Assembly: GCA_045644515.1 (NCBI GenBank)
Contig: JAZRHA010000008.1
Span: forward strand, 305 to 64,304
Source of the DNA: Elusimicrobiaceae bacterium
GTDB lineage: Bacteria; Elusimicrobiota; Elusimicrobia; Elusimicrobiales; Elusimicrobiaceae
Reading direction: 5' to 3'
Length of the DNA stretch: 64,000 nucleotides
Shown here: positions 35,890-44,587 of the stretch, piece by piece
Position numbering within the stretch: position 1 is the first letter of the stretch
How the letters are laid out: each line of letters starts with the position of its first letter
The notes under the pieces: generated by a model
Databases searched by the model: none
Seen by the model: the letters and a program-made list of their open reading frames with translations, nothing else
What the model was told of the DNA's origin: nothing
Made by a program: the position numbers and the translations under genes

Positions 35890-36070
35890 TTCAAAACCGT
35901 AGCGTGCGAGAATGGTTTCGCATCGCGTAGCAAATTTAAGATGATTTTTTATTTTCTCCTTGACGACGAATACCCAGAAGTATAGGAGCGTAGCGATTTT
36001 CGGTATTCTAGGAAAGGGAAAATAAAAAAGGGCTTAAATTTGCAAGCGCGTTATATGCGTTTGTGGACAT
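35890..36070 (+). repeat. Long-palindrome element, copy B (palindrome 35930-36043; core hairpin 35968-36008)
   Basis: gcaaatttaag-atgattttttattttctcc-ttgacgac-gaatacc-N27-ggtattc-tagg-aaagggaaaataaaaaag-gg-cttaaatttgc. Confidence 0.85.
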
Positions 36071-36109
36071 AATGCGGGGACACGACACGTCAAAACAAAT
36101 TCCCTATTT

Positions 36110-36118
36110 TGCTATAAT
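36110..36118 (+). promoter_or_regulatory. Extended -10 promoter of smpB (leaderless configuration)
   Basis: TGcTATAAT, then 6 nt (atatat), then ATG at 36125. There is no room for an SD. Confidence 0.55.
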
Positions 36119-36124
36119 ATATAT

Positions 36125-36595
36125 ATGAGTAGAAAAAAAGGTATAGAAGTAATCGCTACCAATCGCCAAGCCATGCACGAATATTTTATTTTAGATACTT
36201 TTGAGGCAGGCCTTGTCTTGCTTGGAGCGGAAATTAAATCAATACGCAACAAAGAATGTTCTTTGAGGGCGGCCTTCGTGCGTGTAGCTGACGGGGAAGC
36301 ACAAATACTTAATTTAAATATTAAGCCTTATGCTTTTAACACTCATACAGCATTAGATCCTACCAGAACACGCAAATTGCTTTTAAACCGCCGGGAAATA
36401 AACAAACTTGCAGCCGCAAGTGAAGTTAAGGGGCAAACAATAGTTCCGCTTGAACTTTATATCAAAGACGGTTGGGCAAAAGTTAAAATTGCTTTGGCAA
36501 AAGGTAAACACTTGTACGACAAACGCAAAACATTAAAAGATAAAGCCGTTGCACGTGATATGGAACGCAATTTCAAAAATAAATTTAAGTTGTAA
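36125..36595 (+). CDS. smpB: SsrA(tmRNA)-binding protein SmpB
   Basis: IATNRQAMHEYFILDTFEAGLVLLGAEIKS... and C-terminal basic tail; typical SmpB. Confidence 0.95.
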   Translation: MSRKKGIEVIATNRQAMHEYFILDTFEAGLVLLGAEIKSIRNKECSLRAAFVRVADGEAQILNLNIKPYAFNTHTALDPTRTRKLLLNRREINKLAAASEVKGQTIVPLELYIKDGWAKVKIALAKGKHLYDKRKTLKDKAVARDMERNFKNKFKL

Positions 36596-36601
36596 ATGTA
36601 T

Positions 36602-36648
36602 AACCCCACCCCTAACCCCTCCACCTTTGCAAGCAAAGGGGAGAGGAA
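36602..36648. repeat. REP-like unit 6 nt downstream of the smpB stop
   Basis: aaccccacccctaacccctccacctttgcaagcaaaggggagaggaa; same family as 16646-16693. Confidence 0.85.
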
Positions 36649-36672
36649 TTACAGGAAGTATTTTTTATTAAA

Positions 36673-36822
36673 GCCAACCTGTGCATATAACCCCGGCAAG
36701 TATTTTTGAGGAAATTTTGATTTTTTCTGCGACGACTAGTACCGCGAAGTATAGGAGCGTAAGCGACGTATCGGTACTTTAGGAGCTGAAAAATCAAAAT
36801 TTACCAAAAAGAATTAGCCGGC
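36673..36822 (+). repeat. Long-palindrome element, copy D (palindrome 36712-36802, alternative arms)
   Basis: Perfect 14-bp arms aaattttgattttt/aaaaatcaaaattt around the core tagtacc-N-ggtactt. The core loop gaagtataggagcgtaagcga is conserved with copies B and E. Confidence 0.85.
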
Positions 36823-36910
36823 ACAAAATGTAAATTGCAAATTTCCTATCTTGAACAATAATAAGTTGTAATTTGATATACTATATATATACATCAATCA
36901 AGGGGATTTT

Positions 36911-39460
36911 ATGAAAATTCATTCATTTAAAGTTACACCGGATTTGCCGGATAATATGAAATTTTTGGAAGAACTTTCCAACAATATGTGGTTTGCGTGG
37001 AATTGGGACGCAATCAATTTATTTGTCAAAATAGACGAAAAACTTTGGGAACAAAGTTTACGTATGCCAAAATGGCTTATGGCAACGGTTTCACAAAAAC
37101 GCTTGGAAGAACTTAGCAAAGATAAAGATTTCATTGCACAACTTAATTATGTAGAATCTCTTTACAGAAATTACCAAAAAGAACAAAATACTTGGTTCAA
37201 TAAAATTAAAGGCCAAGGGAAAGACAACTTTTTAACGGCATACTTTTCAATGGAATACGGTATCGGCGAAGGTTTACCTATTTATTCCGGCGGTCTTGGT
37301 ATGCTTTCAGGCGACCATATTAAAAGTTCAAGCGACCTCGGGTTACCTTTAATCGGTGTAGGTTTGTTTTATCAAAAAGGTTATGTAAAACAAGTTTTAA
37401 ATAAAGACGGCTGGCAAGGCGAACAATACCCGGAAAATGACTGGGCACACATGTCCGTTGAACCTATATTAAAAGCAGATGGTAATCATTTGACTGTAGA
37501 TATTCCACTCGGCCGCGAAACAATTAAAGCAATGATTTGGCGCGTGCCTGTCGGCCGCACTTCCTTATTTTTACTTGATACTAATTTACCGGAAAACCCA
37601 CCCCAACATAGAACTATTACCGAACAACTTTACGGCGGTGATAGGGAAAACAGAATTAAGCAGGAAATTGTCCTCGGCGTAGGTGGTGTAAAAGCATTAA
37701 AAGCACTAGGTTTAAAACCGACAGTTTACCATATTAATGAAGGGCACTCCGCATTTTTGCTTTGCGAACGCATTATTGAAATTATGCAAGAACGCAAAAT
37801 TTCCTTTGACGAAGCACGTGAAATTGTTTGGGCAACTTCAGTTTTTACCACTCACACACCTGTTATTGCAGGTAATGAACATTTTGATTTTAATTTGGTC
37901 AAAAAATTTATGGAACCTTATGTAATGCAACTCGGCATCGGCTGGGACAGATTTTTAGATTACGGTAAAGAAACACCGGAATCCCCCATGTTTTGCATGA
38001 CTGTTTTTGCTTTAAAACTTTCCGCTTACTTAAACGGTGTTGCAAAATTGCACGGTAAAGTTTCCCGCGAAATGTGGCATAAAGTTTGGCCTAATTTAAA
38101 TGTAAACGAAGTGCCGATAACAAGCATAACAAACGGTGTACACTCGGCAAGTTGGGTAAGCCATGAACATAATGATTTATACAAAAAATATTTGGGTAAT
38201 ACTACAAACCCGTTAGATAATTTTGACCAAAATGTTTGGAATAAAGCATATGATATTCCTGCCGATGAACTTTGGAATACACATAATATACGTAAAGACA
38301 AACTCATTAAACATATCCGCGCAAAAGCAGTGCGCCAAGCACACCGCATGGCAGCAAGTTTGCAAACAGTAAAGATTGCGGAAAATGTTTTGGAAGAAGG
38401 TGTTTTGACTATCGGTTTTGCACGCCGTTTTGCCACTTATAAACGTGCGACATTGCTTTTTAAAGATCCTGAAAGATTAGCAAAAATCGTTAATAATCCA
38501 AACAGACCGGTTCAGTTTGTTTTCGCCGGTAAAGCACACCCGGCAGACAGTGCAGGTAAAGAATTTATCAAAAAAATATTTACCTATATGCTTGACCCTA
38601 GATTTAAAGGTAAAATCGTTTTTGCCGAAGATTATAACATGAACCTTGCCCGTTATATGGTTCAAGGTGTTGATGTTTGGTTAAATAACCCGATTAGGCC
38701 TATGGAAGCATCCGGCACAAGCGGTATGAAAGCCGCTTTAAACGGTGCTTTGGCCTTATCAATCCTTGACGGATGGTGGGATGAAGTCGGCCCATGTGAT
38801 TTCAGTTGGTCAATCACCGGTTCTGATACTTATAAAGACGATAATGAACGCGATGAAGTGGAAAGCCAAGCACTTTATAACTTGCTTGAACAGGAAGTTA
38901 TCCCGACATATTATGATAGAGATGCCGACGGCTTACCGCAAAAATGGATCAAAAAGATGAAAGATTCCATTTCAAAAATAGTACCTTTCTTTAATACACA
39001 CCGCATGGTGCAAGAATATTATGATAAATTCTACACCAAAGCCCATTATTACGGAAGTATGTTAAACACCACAGGCCGCACCGCAGAAGTTGCCGCATGG
39101 CGCAAAAAAATTGCAGACAACTGGCCGCAAGTATCAATTACAGATACAACAGGCCAAATTGACGGTGAAGTATTAGTCGGCCAAAAGATAAAAATTAAGG
39201 CTGATGTTACTTTAGGTTCTTTAAAACCGCAAGATGTTGTGGTACAACTACAAGTCGGTACACGCGGTATGGGCGGTGCTTTTGAAAGTTCAAAAGATAT
39301 GGCAATGAATTTTGTAAAACAGGAAAACGGCATATATAAATATGAACTTGAATTAAAGCTTGAAACAAGCGGTCGTCAAGATTATGTTTTAAGAATTTTG
39401 CCTTTCAACGCAAATGTACCCCATCCGTTTACTCCGCTTTTTGTACGTTGGGAAATTTAG
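36911..39460 (+). CDS. glgP: Alpha-glucan (glycogen/maltodextrin) phosphorylase, GT35, archaeal/Thermotoga-type
   Basis: 849 aa. YFSMEYGI...GGLGMLSGDH, EASGTSGMKAALNG (PLP-Lys region). SD AAGGGGA. Confidence 0.9.
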   Translation: MKIHSFKVTPDLPDNMKFLEELSNNMWFAWNWDAINLFVKIDEKLWEQSLRMPKWLMATVSQKRLEELSKDKDFIAQLNYVESLYRNYQKEQNTWFNKIKGQGKDNFLTAYFSMEYGIGEGLPIYSGGLGMLSGDHIKSSSDLGLPLIGVGLFYQKGYVKQVLNKDGWQGEQYPENDWAHMSVEPILKADGNHLTVDIPLGRETIKAMIWRVPVGRTSLFLLDTNLPENPPQHRTITEQLYGGDRENRIKQEIVLGVGGVKALKALGLKPTVYHINEGHSAFLLCERIIEIMQERKISFDEAREIVWATSVFTTHTPVIAGNEHFDFNLVKKFMEPYVMQLGIGWDRFLDYGKETPESPMFCMTVFALKLSAYLNGVAKLHGKVSREMWHKVWPNLNVNEVPITSITNGVHSASWVSHEHNDLYKKYLGNTTNPLDNFDQNVWNKAYDIPADELWNTHNIRKDKLIKHIRAKAVRQAHRMAASLQTVKIAENVLEEGVLTIGFARRFATYKRATLLFKDPERLAKIVNNPNRPVQFVFAGKAHPADSAGKEFIKKIFTYMLDPRFKGKIVFAEDYNMNLARYMVQGVDVWLNNPIRPMEASGTSGMKAALNGALALSILDGWWDEVGPCDFSWSITGSDTYKDDNERDEVESQALYNLLEQEVIPTYYDRDADGLPQKWIKKMKDSISKIVPFFNTHRMVQEYYDKFYTKAHYYGSMLNTTGRTAEVAAWRKKIADNWPQVSITDTTGQIDGEVLVGQKIKIKADVTLGSLKPQDVVVQLQVGTRGMGGAFESSKDMAMNFVKQENGIYKYELELKLETSGRQDYVLRILPFNANVPHPFTPLFVRWEI

Positions 39461-39481
39461 TAATTTACAGGAAGGTGCGTT

Positions 39482-39931
39482 TTGAATATTGTTCTTATTA
39501 ACCCGGAAATTCCGTTTAATACGGGCAATGTCGGCCGCACTTGCGTGGCAACAAATACTCATTTATTCCTTGTCGGCAAACTCGGATTTAAGATTTCCGA
39601 CAAGGAAATACGCCGCAGCGGCCTTGATTATTGGCCCAAATTAAAATATACCGTTATACCTACTTGCGATGAATTTTTTGACAGTTTACCTAAAAATGCA
39701 CGCTTGTTTTTCTTCTCCACAAAAGGCAAAAAATGTTTTTGGGATGCTAAATTTGAAAAAGATGATTATTTAATTTTCGGTTCGGAATTTTGCGGGTTTC
39801 CGCGTGATTTTTACACAAAGTATGCCGACAGATTATACACTATCCCAATGCCGGGGGAAGTACGTTCCCTAAACCTTTCTACCTCAGCCGCGATTTGTTT
39901 ATATGAAGCCTTAAGACAAACAAGGAAATAA
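39482..39931 (+). CDS. trmL: tRNA (cytidine/uridine-2'-O)-methyltransferase TrmL (SpoU/TrmH family)
   Basis: (M)NIVLINPEIPFNTGNVGRTC...LIFGSE..G...LNLSTSAAICLYEALRQ. TTG start with SD AGGAAGG 7 nt upstream. Confidence 0.85.
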   Translation: MNIVLINPEIPFNTGNVGRTCVATNTHLFLVGKLGFKISDKEIRRSGLDYWPKLKYTVIPTCDEFFDSLPKNARLFFFSTKGKKCFWDAKFEKDDYLIFGSEFCGFPRDFYTKYADRLYTIPMPGEVRSLNLSTSAAICLYEALRQTRK

Positions 39932-39960
39932 TCAATAAAAATAAAGTAAAATATTTGTAA

Positions 39961-40160
39961 GTGCACGGGATTTTAAAACCAAAGCGTATGGGAATGATTT
40001 TGTGCGACGCAGCAAATTTAAGATGATTTTTTATTTTTCTTTGACGACGTGTACCAAGAAGTAAAACGAACGGAGTGAGTTTGCGGTACTCTAGAAAAAG
40101 AAAAATAAAAAAGGGTTTAAATTTGCAAGAACATGCACACTATTTAACGTAATTCGTCAT
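39961..40160 (+). repeat. Long-palindrome element, copy C (palindrome 40012-40126)
   Basis: Closest relative of copy A, in the opposite orientation. Core gtgtacc-N-ggtactc. Confidence 0.85.
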
Positions 40161-40175
40161 AACGAATAAAACATT

Positions 40176-41366
40176 ATGAACCCAAAAGTTATTTTATTGA
40201 TTCTTTTTTTAATAAACCTGTTTAATTACATTGACAGGCAGGTGCTTTTCGCCGTCTTTCCGTTACTTGCAAAAGATTTAAATTTAAATGATGCGCAACT
40301 TGGTTTACTCGGTTCAGTTTTTATGATTGTATACACTTTAACTGCACCGGTTATCGCATATTTTGCAGACCGCTCACCAAGGCAAATTTGGGTTTCCGTT
40401 TGTGCGGCTTTGTGGAGCGGTGCAACCGCGTTTACTGGTATGGCAAAAAACTTTTTTCATATTGCAATTGCTCGTAGTTTTATAGGTGTGGGTGAGGCCG
40501 GGTTTACAAGTGTTTCCCCCTCCCTTACGGCGGAAGGTTTTAGTAAGGAAGTACGCGCACGCATACTTGCAATTTTGGGGCTTGCCTTGCCGCTTGGCAG
40601 CGCGCTTGGATATTTGCTGGGCGGCTTAATCGGCCAACATTACGGATGGCGCATGGCATTTTATATTTTAGCTGTTCCGGGTTTTTTACTCGCTTTTTGG
40701 GCCTTGTTTTATATTAAAGATAAACGCAAAACGCAAGACAGTAAAAAAATAAAAATCTCAAATTACTTACAATTTTTTAAAAGCAAAAGTTTTGTTTATT
40801 TATGTTTAGCGGAGGCTATGGCAACTTTTACTTTGGGCGGCCTTGCGGCGTGGATGCCCACATATTTCCACCGCTACTTCGGCTTTAGTATAGCAGAGGC
40901 AGGCACAAAATTCGGTTTAATGATAATTATTGCAGGGCTTATCGGCACTTTGGGCGGCGGTGTACTTTCGGACTTTTTGATTAAGAAAACAAAACGCGCT
41001 TATTTTTATACTACTTTGCTTGGTTATATGATGGCTTTGCCGCTTGGGCTTTTTGCACTTTTGTGCGAGAGCCAAACTATATCCCTTATTTGTTTTGGTG
41101 CGGCAATGAGTTTTGTATTCTTGCAAACAGGTGCTTTAAATGCGGCAATTATCAGTTTGACTTCACTTGAAATAAGGTCTATGGCATTTGCCTTCAATAT
41201 TTTTATTATTCACGCTTTGGGGGATGCAATTTCCCCAATGACTATCGGTAAAATTTCGCAAGCATTTGATTTACAACTTGCGGTTTTTATAGCCATAGTA
41301 TTTTTAATACCTGCCATTGTGTTTTGCTATTTTTCCGCGCGCACTTTTAAAGGGCAAGAACTTTAA
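40176..41366 (+). CDS. MFS transporter
   Basis: 12 TM helices and an MFS loop motif (ADRSPRQIW). Substrate unknown. Confidence 0.8.
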   Translation: MNPKVILLILFLINLFNYIDRQVLFAVFPLLAKDLNLNDAQLGLLGSVFMIVYTLTAPVIAYFADRSPRQIWVSVCAALWSGATAFTGMAKNFFHIAIARSFIGVGEAGFTSVSPSLTAEGFSKEVRARILAILGLALPLGSALGYLLGGLIGQHYGWRMAFYILAVPGFLLAFWALFYIKDKRKTQDSKKIKISNYLQFFKSKSFVYLCLAEAMATFTLGGLAAWMPTYFHRYFGFSIAEAGTKFGLMIIIAGLIGTLGGGVLSDFLIKKTKRAYFYTTLLGYMMALPLGLFALLCESQTISLICFGAAMSFVFLQTGALNAAIISLTSLEIRSMAFAFNIFIIHALGDAISPMTIGKISQAFDLQLAVFIAIVFLIPAIVFCYFSARTFKGQEL

Positions 41367-41372
41367 AAAATA

Positions 41373-41381
41373 TGTTAAAAT
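41373..41381 (+). promoter_or_regulatory. Extended -10 promoter of the DtxR-like regulator (leaderless configuration)
   Basis: TGtTAAAAT, then 6 nt, then ATG at 41388. Confidence 0.45.
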
Positions 41382-41387
41382 TGTTTT

Positions 41388-41750
41388 ATGGGTGTTACGG
41401 AATCTAAAGAAAATTATTTGGAAATCATACACATTTTGGCCGCCAAGCAAAAAGAGGTGCATGCCGTTGATATCGCAAATTACCTCGGTTTTGCCAGGGC
41501 AAGCGTGAGTATTGCTTTAAAAACACTTAAGGACGAAAAATATATTGCGATAGACGATAAACTGCACATCACCCTAACCCCAAAAGGCAAAGCCGTTGCA
41601 AAAAAAGTTTACGACAAGCACAAAACACTTTCCACCTGGTTTATGTTTATGGGTGTGGACGAGAAGACTGCACTTAAGGATGCTTGCAAGATTGAGCATA
41701 TAATATCGGAAAAAACTTTCAAAGCAATTAAGAGGTTTCTCAAGAAGTAG
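41388..41750 (+). CDS. DtxR/MntR-family metal-dependent transcriptional regulator (short form)
   Basis: ESKENYLEIIHIL...VHAVDIANYLGFARASVSIALKTLKDEKYI is a winged-helix region typical of DtxR/MntR. Confidence 0.75.
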   Translation: MGVTESKENYLEIIHILAAKQKEVHAVDIANYLGFARASVSIALKTLKDEKYIAIDDKLHITLTPKGKAVAKKVYDKHKTLSTWFMFMGVDEKTALKDACKIEHIISEKTFKAIKRFLKK

Positions 41751-41770
41751 GAAGTCTGCAATTTGAGTTT

Positions 41771-42028
41771 TTTGCTAGCGGCGTCTTTCTGGTAAATTTT
41801 GATTTTTACTGCGATTTTACAAGAGCGTAAACCCGTAGCGTGTGAGAATAATATCGCGCCGCGCAAAATTAAATAAAGCCAAACCGTGTGCATAAGCCTA
41901 GCAAGTATTTTGGAGATAATTTAAATCTTTTCTTTGACGACGAATACCCAGAAGTATAGGAGCGGAGCGACTTTCGGTATTCTAGGAAAAGAAAAATTTA
42001 AATTAGCCCAAAAGACGCCGCTAGCAAA
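41771..42028 (+). mobile_element. MITE-like composite element, copy E, bounded by perfect 18-bp terminal inverted repeats
   Basis: tttgctagcggcgtcttt (41771-41788) and aaagacgccgctagcaaa (42011-42028). The interior holds arm modules shared with copy D and 35783-35826, plus the core palindrome 41917-42005. No coding capacity. Confidence 0.7.
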
Positions 42029-42081
42029 TAATGAAAACTGCAAATCATTCCATTCGTAAAGACACAATGCGTAAAATAAGA

Positions 42082-42087
42082 TATAAT
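42082..42087 (+). promoter_or_regulatory. -10 box upstream of dnaB
   Basis: TATAAT, then 8 nt, then ATG at 42096. No SD in between. Confidence 0.4.
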
Positions 42088-42095
42088 ATATAAGT

Positions 42096-43493
42096 ATGAT
42101 AAACGAAAAATTACCCCCACAAGCATTAGACGCCGAAATGGCACTCCTCGGATCCATGATGATTGAGCAAGATGCACTTGAACGCGCTGTCGGTATAGTC
42201 AGTGCAGAACATTTCTATAAAACCGCACATCAAAAAATCTTTACGGCGATGAAAACCCTCTCCGATAAAGACCAGGCGGTTGACCTTATTACAGTAACCG
42301 AAGAACTTAAACGCGAAGGCTTTTTGGCCGAAATCGGCGGGGAAAGGTATTTGGCGGAACTTATGTCTAAGGTTTCCACTGCAGCACATGTGGAACATTA
42401 TGCCAAAATCGTTTATGATACGGCACTTGTCAGGGAACTTATAAAAATTTCCACTTCCACCGTTGAAAGTTGCTATAAAGATACGGACCAGGAACCAAGC
42501 AATTTAATTGACGAGGCGCAGAGCAAACTTTTCACTTTAAACCAAAAGCAGGTTAAACAGGGGCTTGTTTCCACAAAAGACATGTCCCAAGAAGCGATGG
42601 ACCAAATTGAAAAACTTATCGTCAATAAAGACCCCATTAAAGGTGTGCCGACAGGTTTTACGGAGTTTGATACAATGACAGGCGGCCTAAGGAAAGGCGA
42701 CCTTATTATACTCGCAGCCCGCCCTTCTCAAGGAAAAACCGCAATGGCATTAAATATTATTCAAAATGCACTTGATAAAAATTTCCCGGTTGCATTATTT
42801 TCTTTAGAAATGGGGCGCTTTCAAATTTACCAAAGAATGGTTTGCACCGCCGCGCAAGTTAGTTTACATAATGTAAGTACGGGCGTTTTCCAAAAATCAA
42901 GGTGGCGTGAACTTTCAACAAAAATTCAAAAACTCGGAGAACAACCGCTTTTTATTGACGATACCCCGGCCGTAACTATAACAGAAATACGCATGCGCGC
43001 AAGACGCTTAGCCCGCGAACTGCAAAAAGCCGGCAAAGAACTTGGCCTTATTGTAATTGACTATATCGGCCTTATCCGCAGCGGCAAGGCAAAAGTGGAA
43101 TCCCGCCAACAGGAAGTTTCAGAAATTTCAAGAATGTTAAAAGAACTTGCAAGAACTATGAATGTCCCTGTTCTTGCCCTTTCCCAACTTAACAGAAATA
43201 CCGAAAAGGGCCGCGCGGATAACCGCCCTCAACTTTCGGACTTAAGGGAATCAGGCTCTATTGAACAAGATGCTGACGTCGTCGCCTTAATACACCGCGA
43301 AGGTTACTATAAGTGGAACGATGAAACTTTAAGAAATAAAGCAAACCTTATCTTAGCAAAACAACGCAATGGCCCGGTGGGTACTATTGACCTTAATTGG
43401 TATAGCGAATATACTTTGTTTACCAATCCGGCCCTTGTAAGTGATGAAGAAGCCGCCGTAGCTATGGCAGCCCCGGGCGATATACCGCTATGA
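42096..43493 (+). CDS. dnaB: Replicative DNA helicase DnaB
   Basis: LPPQALDAEMALLGSMM, Walker A ARPSQGKTA, Walker B LIVIDYIGL, QLSDLRESGSIEQDADV. Confidence 0.95.
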   Translation: MINEKLPPQALDAEMALLGSMMIEQDALERAVGIVSAEHFYKTAHQKIFTAMKTLSDKDQAVDLITVTEELKREGFLAEIGGERYLAELMSKVSTAAHVEHYAKIVYDTALVRELIKISTSTVESCYKDTDQEPSNLIDEAQSKLFTLNQKQVKQGLVSTKDMSQEAMDQIEKLIVNKDPIKGVPTGFTEFDTMTGGLRKGDLIILAARPSQGKTAMALNIIQNALDKNFPVALFSLEMGRFQIYQRMVCTAAQVSLHNVSTGVFQKSRWRELSTKIQKLGEQPLFIDDTPAVTITEIRMRARRLARELQKAGKELGLIVIDYIGLIRSGKAKVESRQQEVSEISRMLKELARTMNVPVLALSQLNRNTEKGRADNRPQLSDLRESGSIEQDADVVALIHREGYYKWNDETLRNKANLILAKQRNGPVGTIDLNWYSEYTLFTNPALVSDEEAAVAMAAPGDIPL

Positions 43494-44587
43494 TACCGAT
43501 CCTTCGCCCTACGATTGCGGAAGTAAATTTAGCTGCTTTAAAAAATAATCTTTTAAAAGCTAAAGGTTTAATTGCGCAAAGAGGGCAAGAAAATTCAAAA
43601 ATTTTACTTTTGGCAAAAGCAAATGCTTACGGGCATGATGCCGGGCTTGTTTCCAAATACGTGCAAGATAATAAACTTGTTGATTTTTTGGGTGTTGCTT
43701 CTATAGAAGAAGGTATGGAACTGCGCCAAAAAGGCATAACTTTGCCTATTTTAGTTCTTGGCAGTATTTGGCCTTTTGAATGTTTTGAATATGCCATAAA
43801 AAATAAATTATCTGTTGCAATAGCAAGTGTAAGAGCGGCAAAATTTTTGGCGGAACTTTCCGCAAAACTAAAACTTAAAGCATACGCACATGTAAAGCAG
43901 GAAACAGGCATGAACCGCATAGGTTCGCGCAGGCCTGCAGCAATAGAAATACTTAAAATTTTAAACGCTGCGCCTTTTGTGGAAGTGCAAGGAACTTTCA
44001 GCCACTTCGCTAAAGCAGATGACGCGGAATATTCCAAGCAGCAATTCACTTATTTCACAGAACTTTTGCAAGATGCAGAAAACTTAAATTTAAATACGGG
44101 TTTGCGGCATTTATCTGCATCCCAAGCATTTTTAAATTTCCCAAAAGCGCAATTTGATATGGTTCGCCTTGGCCACCTTGCTTATGGGTTGGAGCCGGGC
44201 TTTGAGCCGGTGCTATCTTTAAAATCTAAAGTAGTGTTTATAAAAGATATTAGGGAAAATGTGTCTGTGGGCTACCAAAGAACATTTATTACCAAAAGGC
44301 CCTCAAAAATTGCTACTATACCTATAGGGTATGGCGATGGTTACCCACGCGCTTTATCAAATAAAACGGAAGTAGAAATTTTGGGTAAGCGTTGCCCGCA
44401 AGTGGGTAATATCACTATGGATATGATGATGGTTGATATTACCGAACTTGGCGATATAAAAATCGGCACCGAAGTAACATTAATAGGCAAAAATTTGCCT
44501 GCTTTGGAACTAGCCGAAAAATGCGGAACCATTGATTATGAGATATTAACATCTATTGCGCGCCGCGTTCCGCGTATAGGGGTTTAA
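43490..44587 (+). CDS. alr: Alanine racemase
   Basis: PLP-Lys motif LLAKANAYGHD; C-terminal motifs VGYQRTF and IPIGYGDGYPR. ATGA overlap with dnaB. Confidence 0.9.
   Translation: MIPILRPTIAEVNLAALKNNLLKAKGLIAQRGQENSKILLLAKANAYGHDAGLVSKYVQDNKLVDFLGVASIEEGMELRQKGITLPILVLGSIWPFECFEYAIKNKLSVAIASVRAAKFLAELSAKLKLKAYAHVKQETGMNRIGSRRPAAIEILKILNAAPFVEVQGTFSHFAKADDAEYSKQQFTYFTELLQDAENLNLNTGLRHLSASQAFLNFPKAQFDMVRLGHLAYGLEPGFEPVLSLKSKVVFIKDIRENVSVGYQRTFITKRPSKIATIPIGYGDGYPRALSNKTEVEILGKRCPQVGNITMDMMMVDITELGDIKIGTEVTLIGKNLPALELAEKCGTIDYEILTSIARRVPRIGV

Noticed and set aside
35968-36008. Core hairpin of the palindrome family as a riboswitch or cis-regulatory leader
   Set aside because: The downstream genes are functionally unrelated (smpB, glgP, MFS, dnaB, a transporter operon). 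For smpB and dnaB the predicted -10 box lies downstream of the element, so the element would not be in the 5' UTR.
35679-36124. Replication origin or tmRNA gene next to smpB at the minus-to-plus strand switch
   Set aside because: I found only one DnaA-box-like 9-mer (atgtccaca on the minus strand near 36060-36070), and dnaA is absent. There is no tRNA-like GGGG...TCCACCA end or tag-ORF structure for ssrA. The window has other strand switches as well.
36612-36797. 61-aa minus-strand ORF between smpB and glgP
   Set aside because: It lies entirely within a REP-like unit and palindrome copy D. Its sequence is low-complexity and Arg/Cys-rich, and it has no SD. It is a repeat-derived reading frame rather than a gene.
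41609-42157. Minus-strand ORFs 41609-41893 (94 aa) and 41921-42157 (78 aa)
   Set aside because: They run antisense to the DtxR-like gene and the dnaB start and pass through repeat copy E. They have no recognisable motifs and are shadow ORFs.
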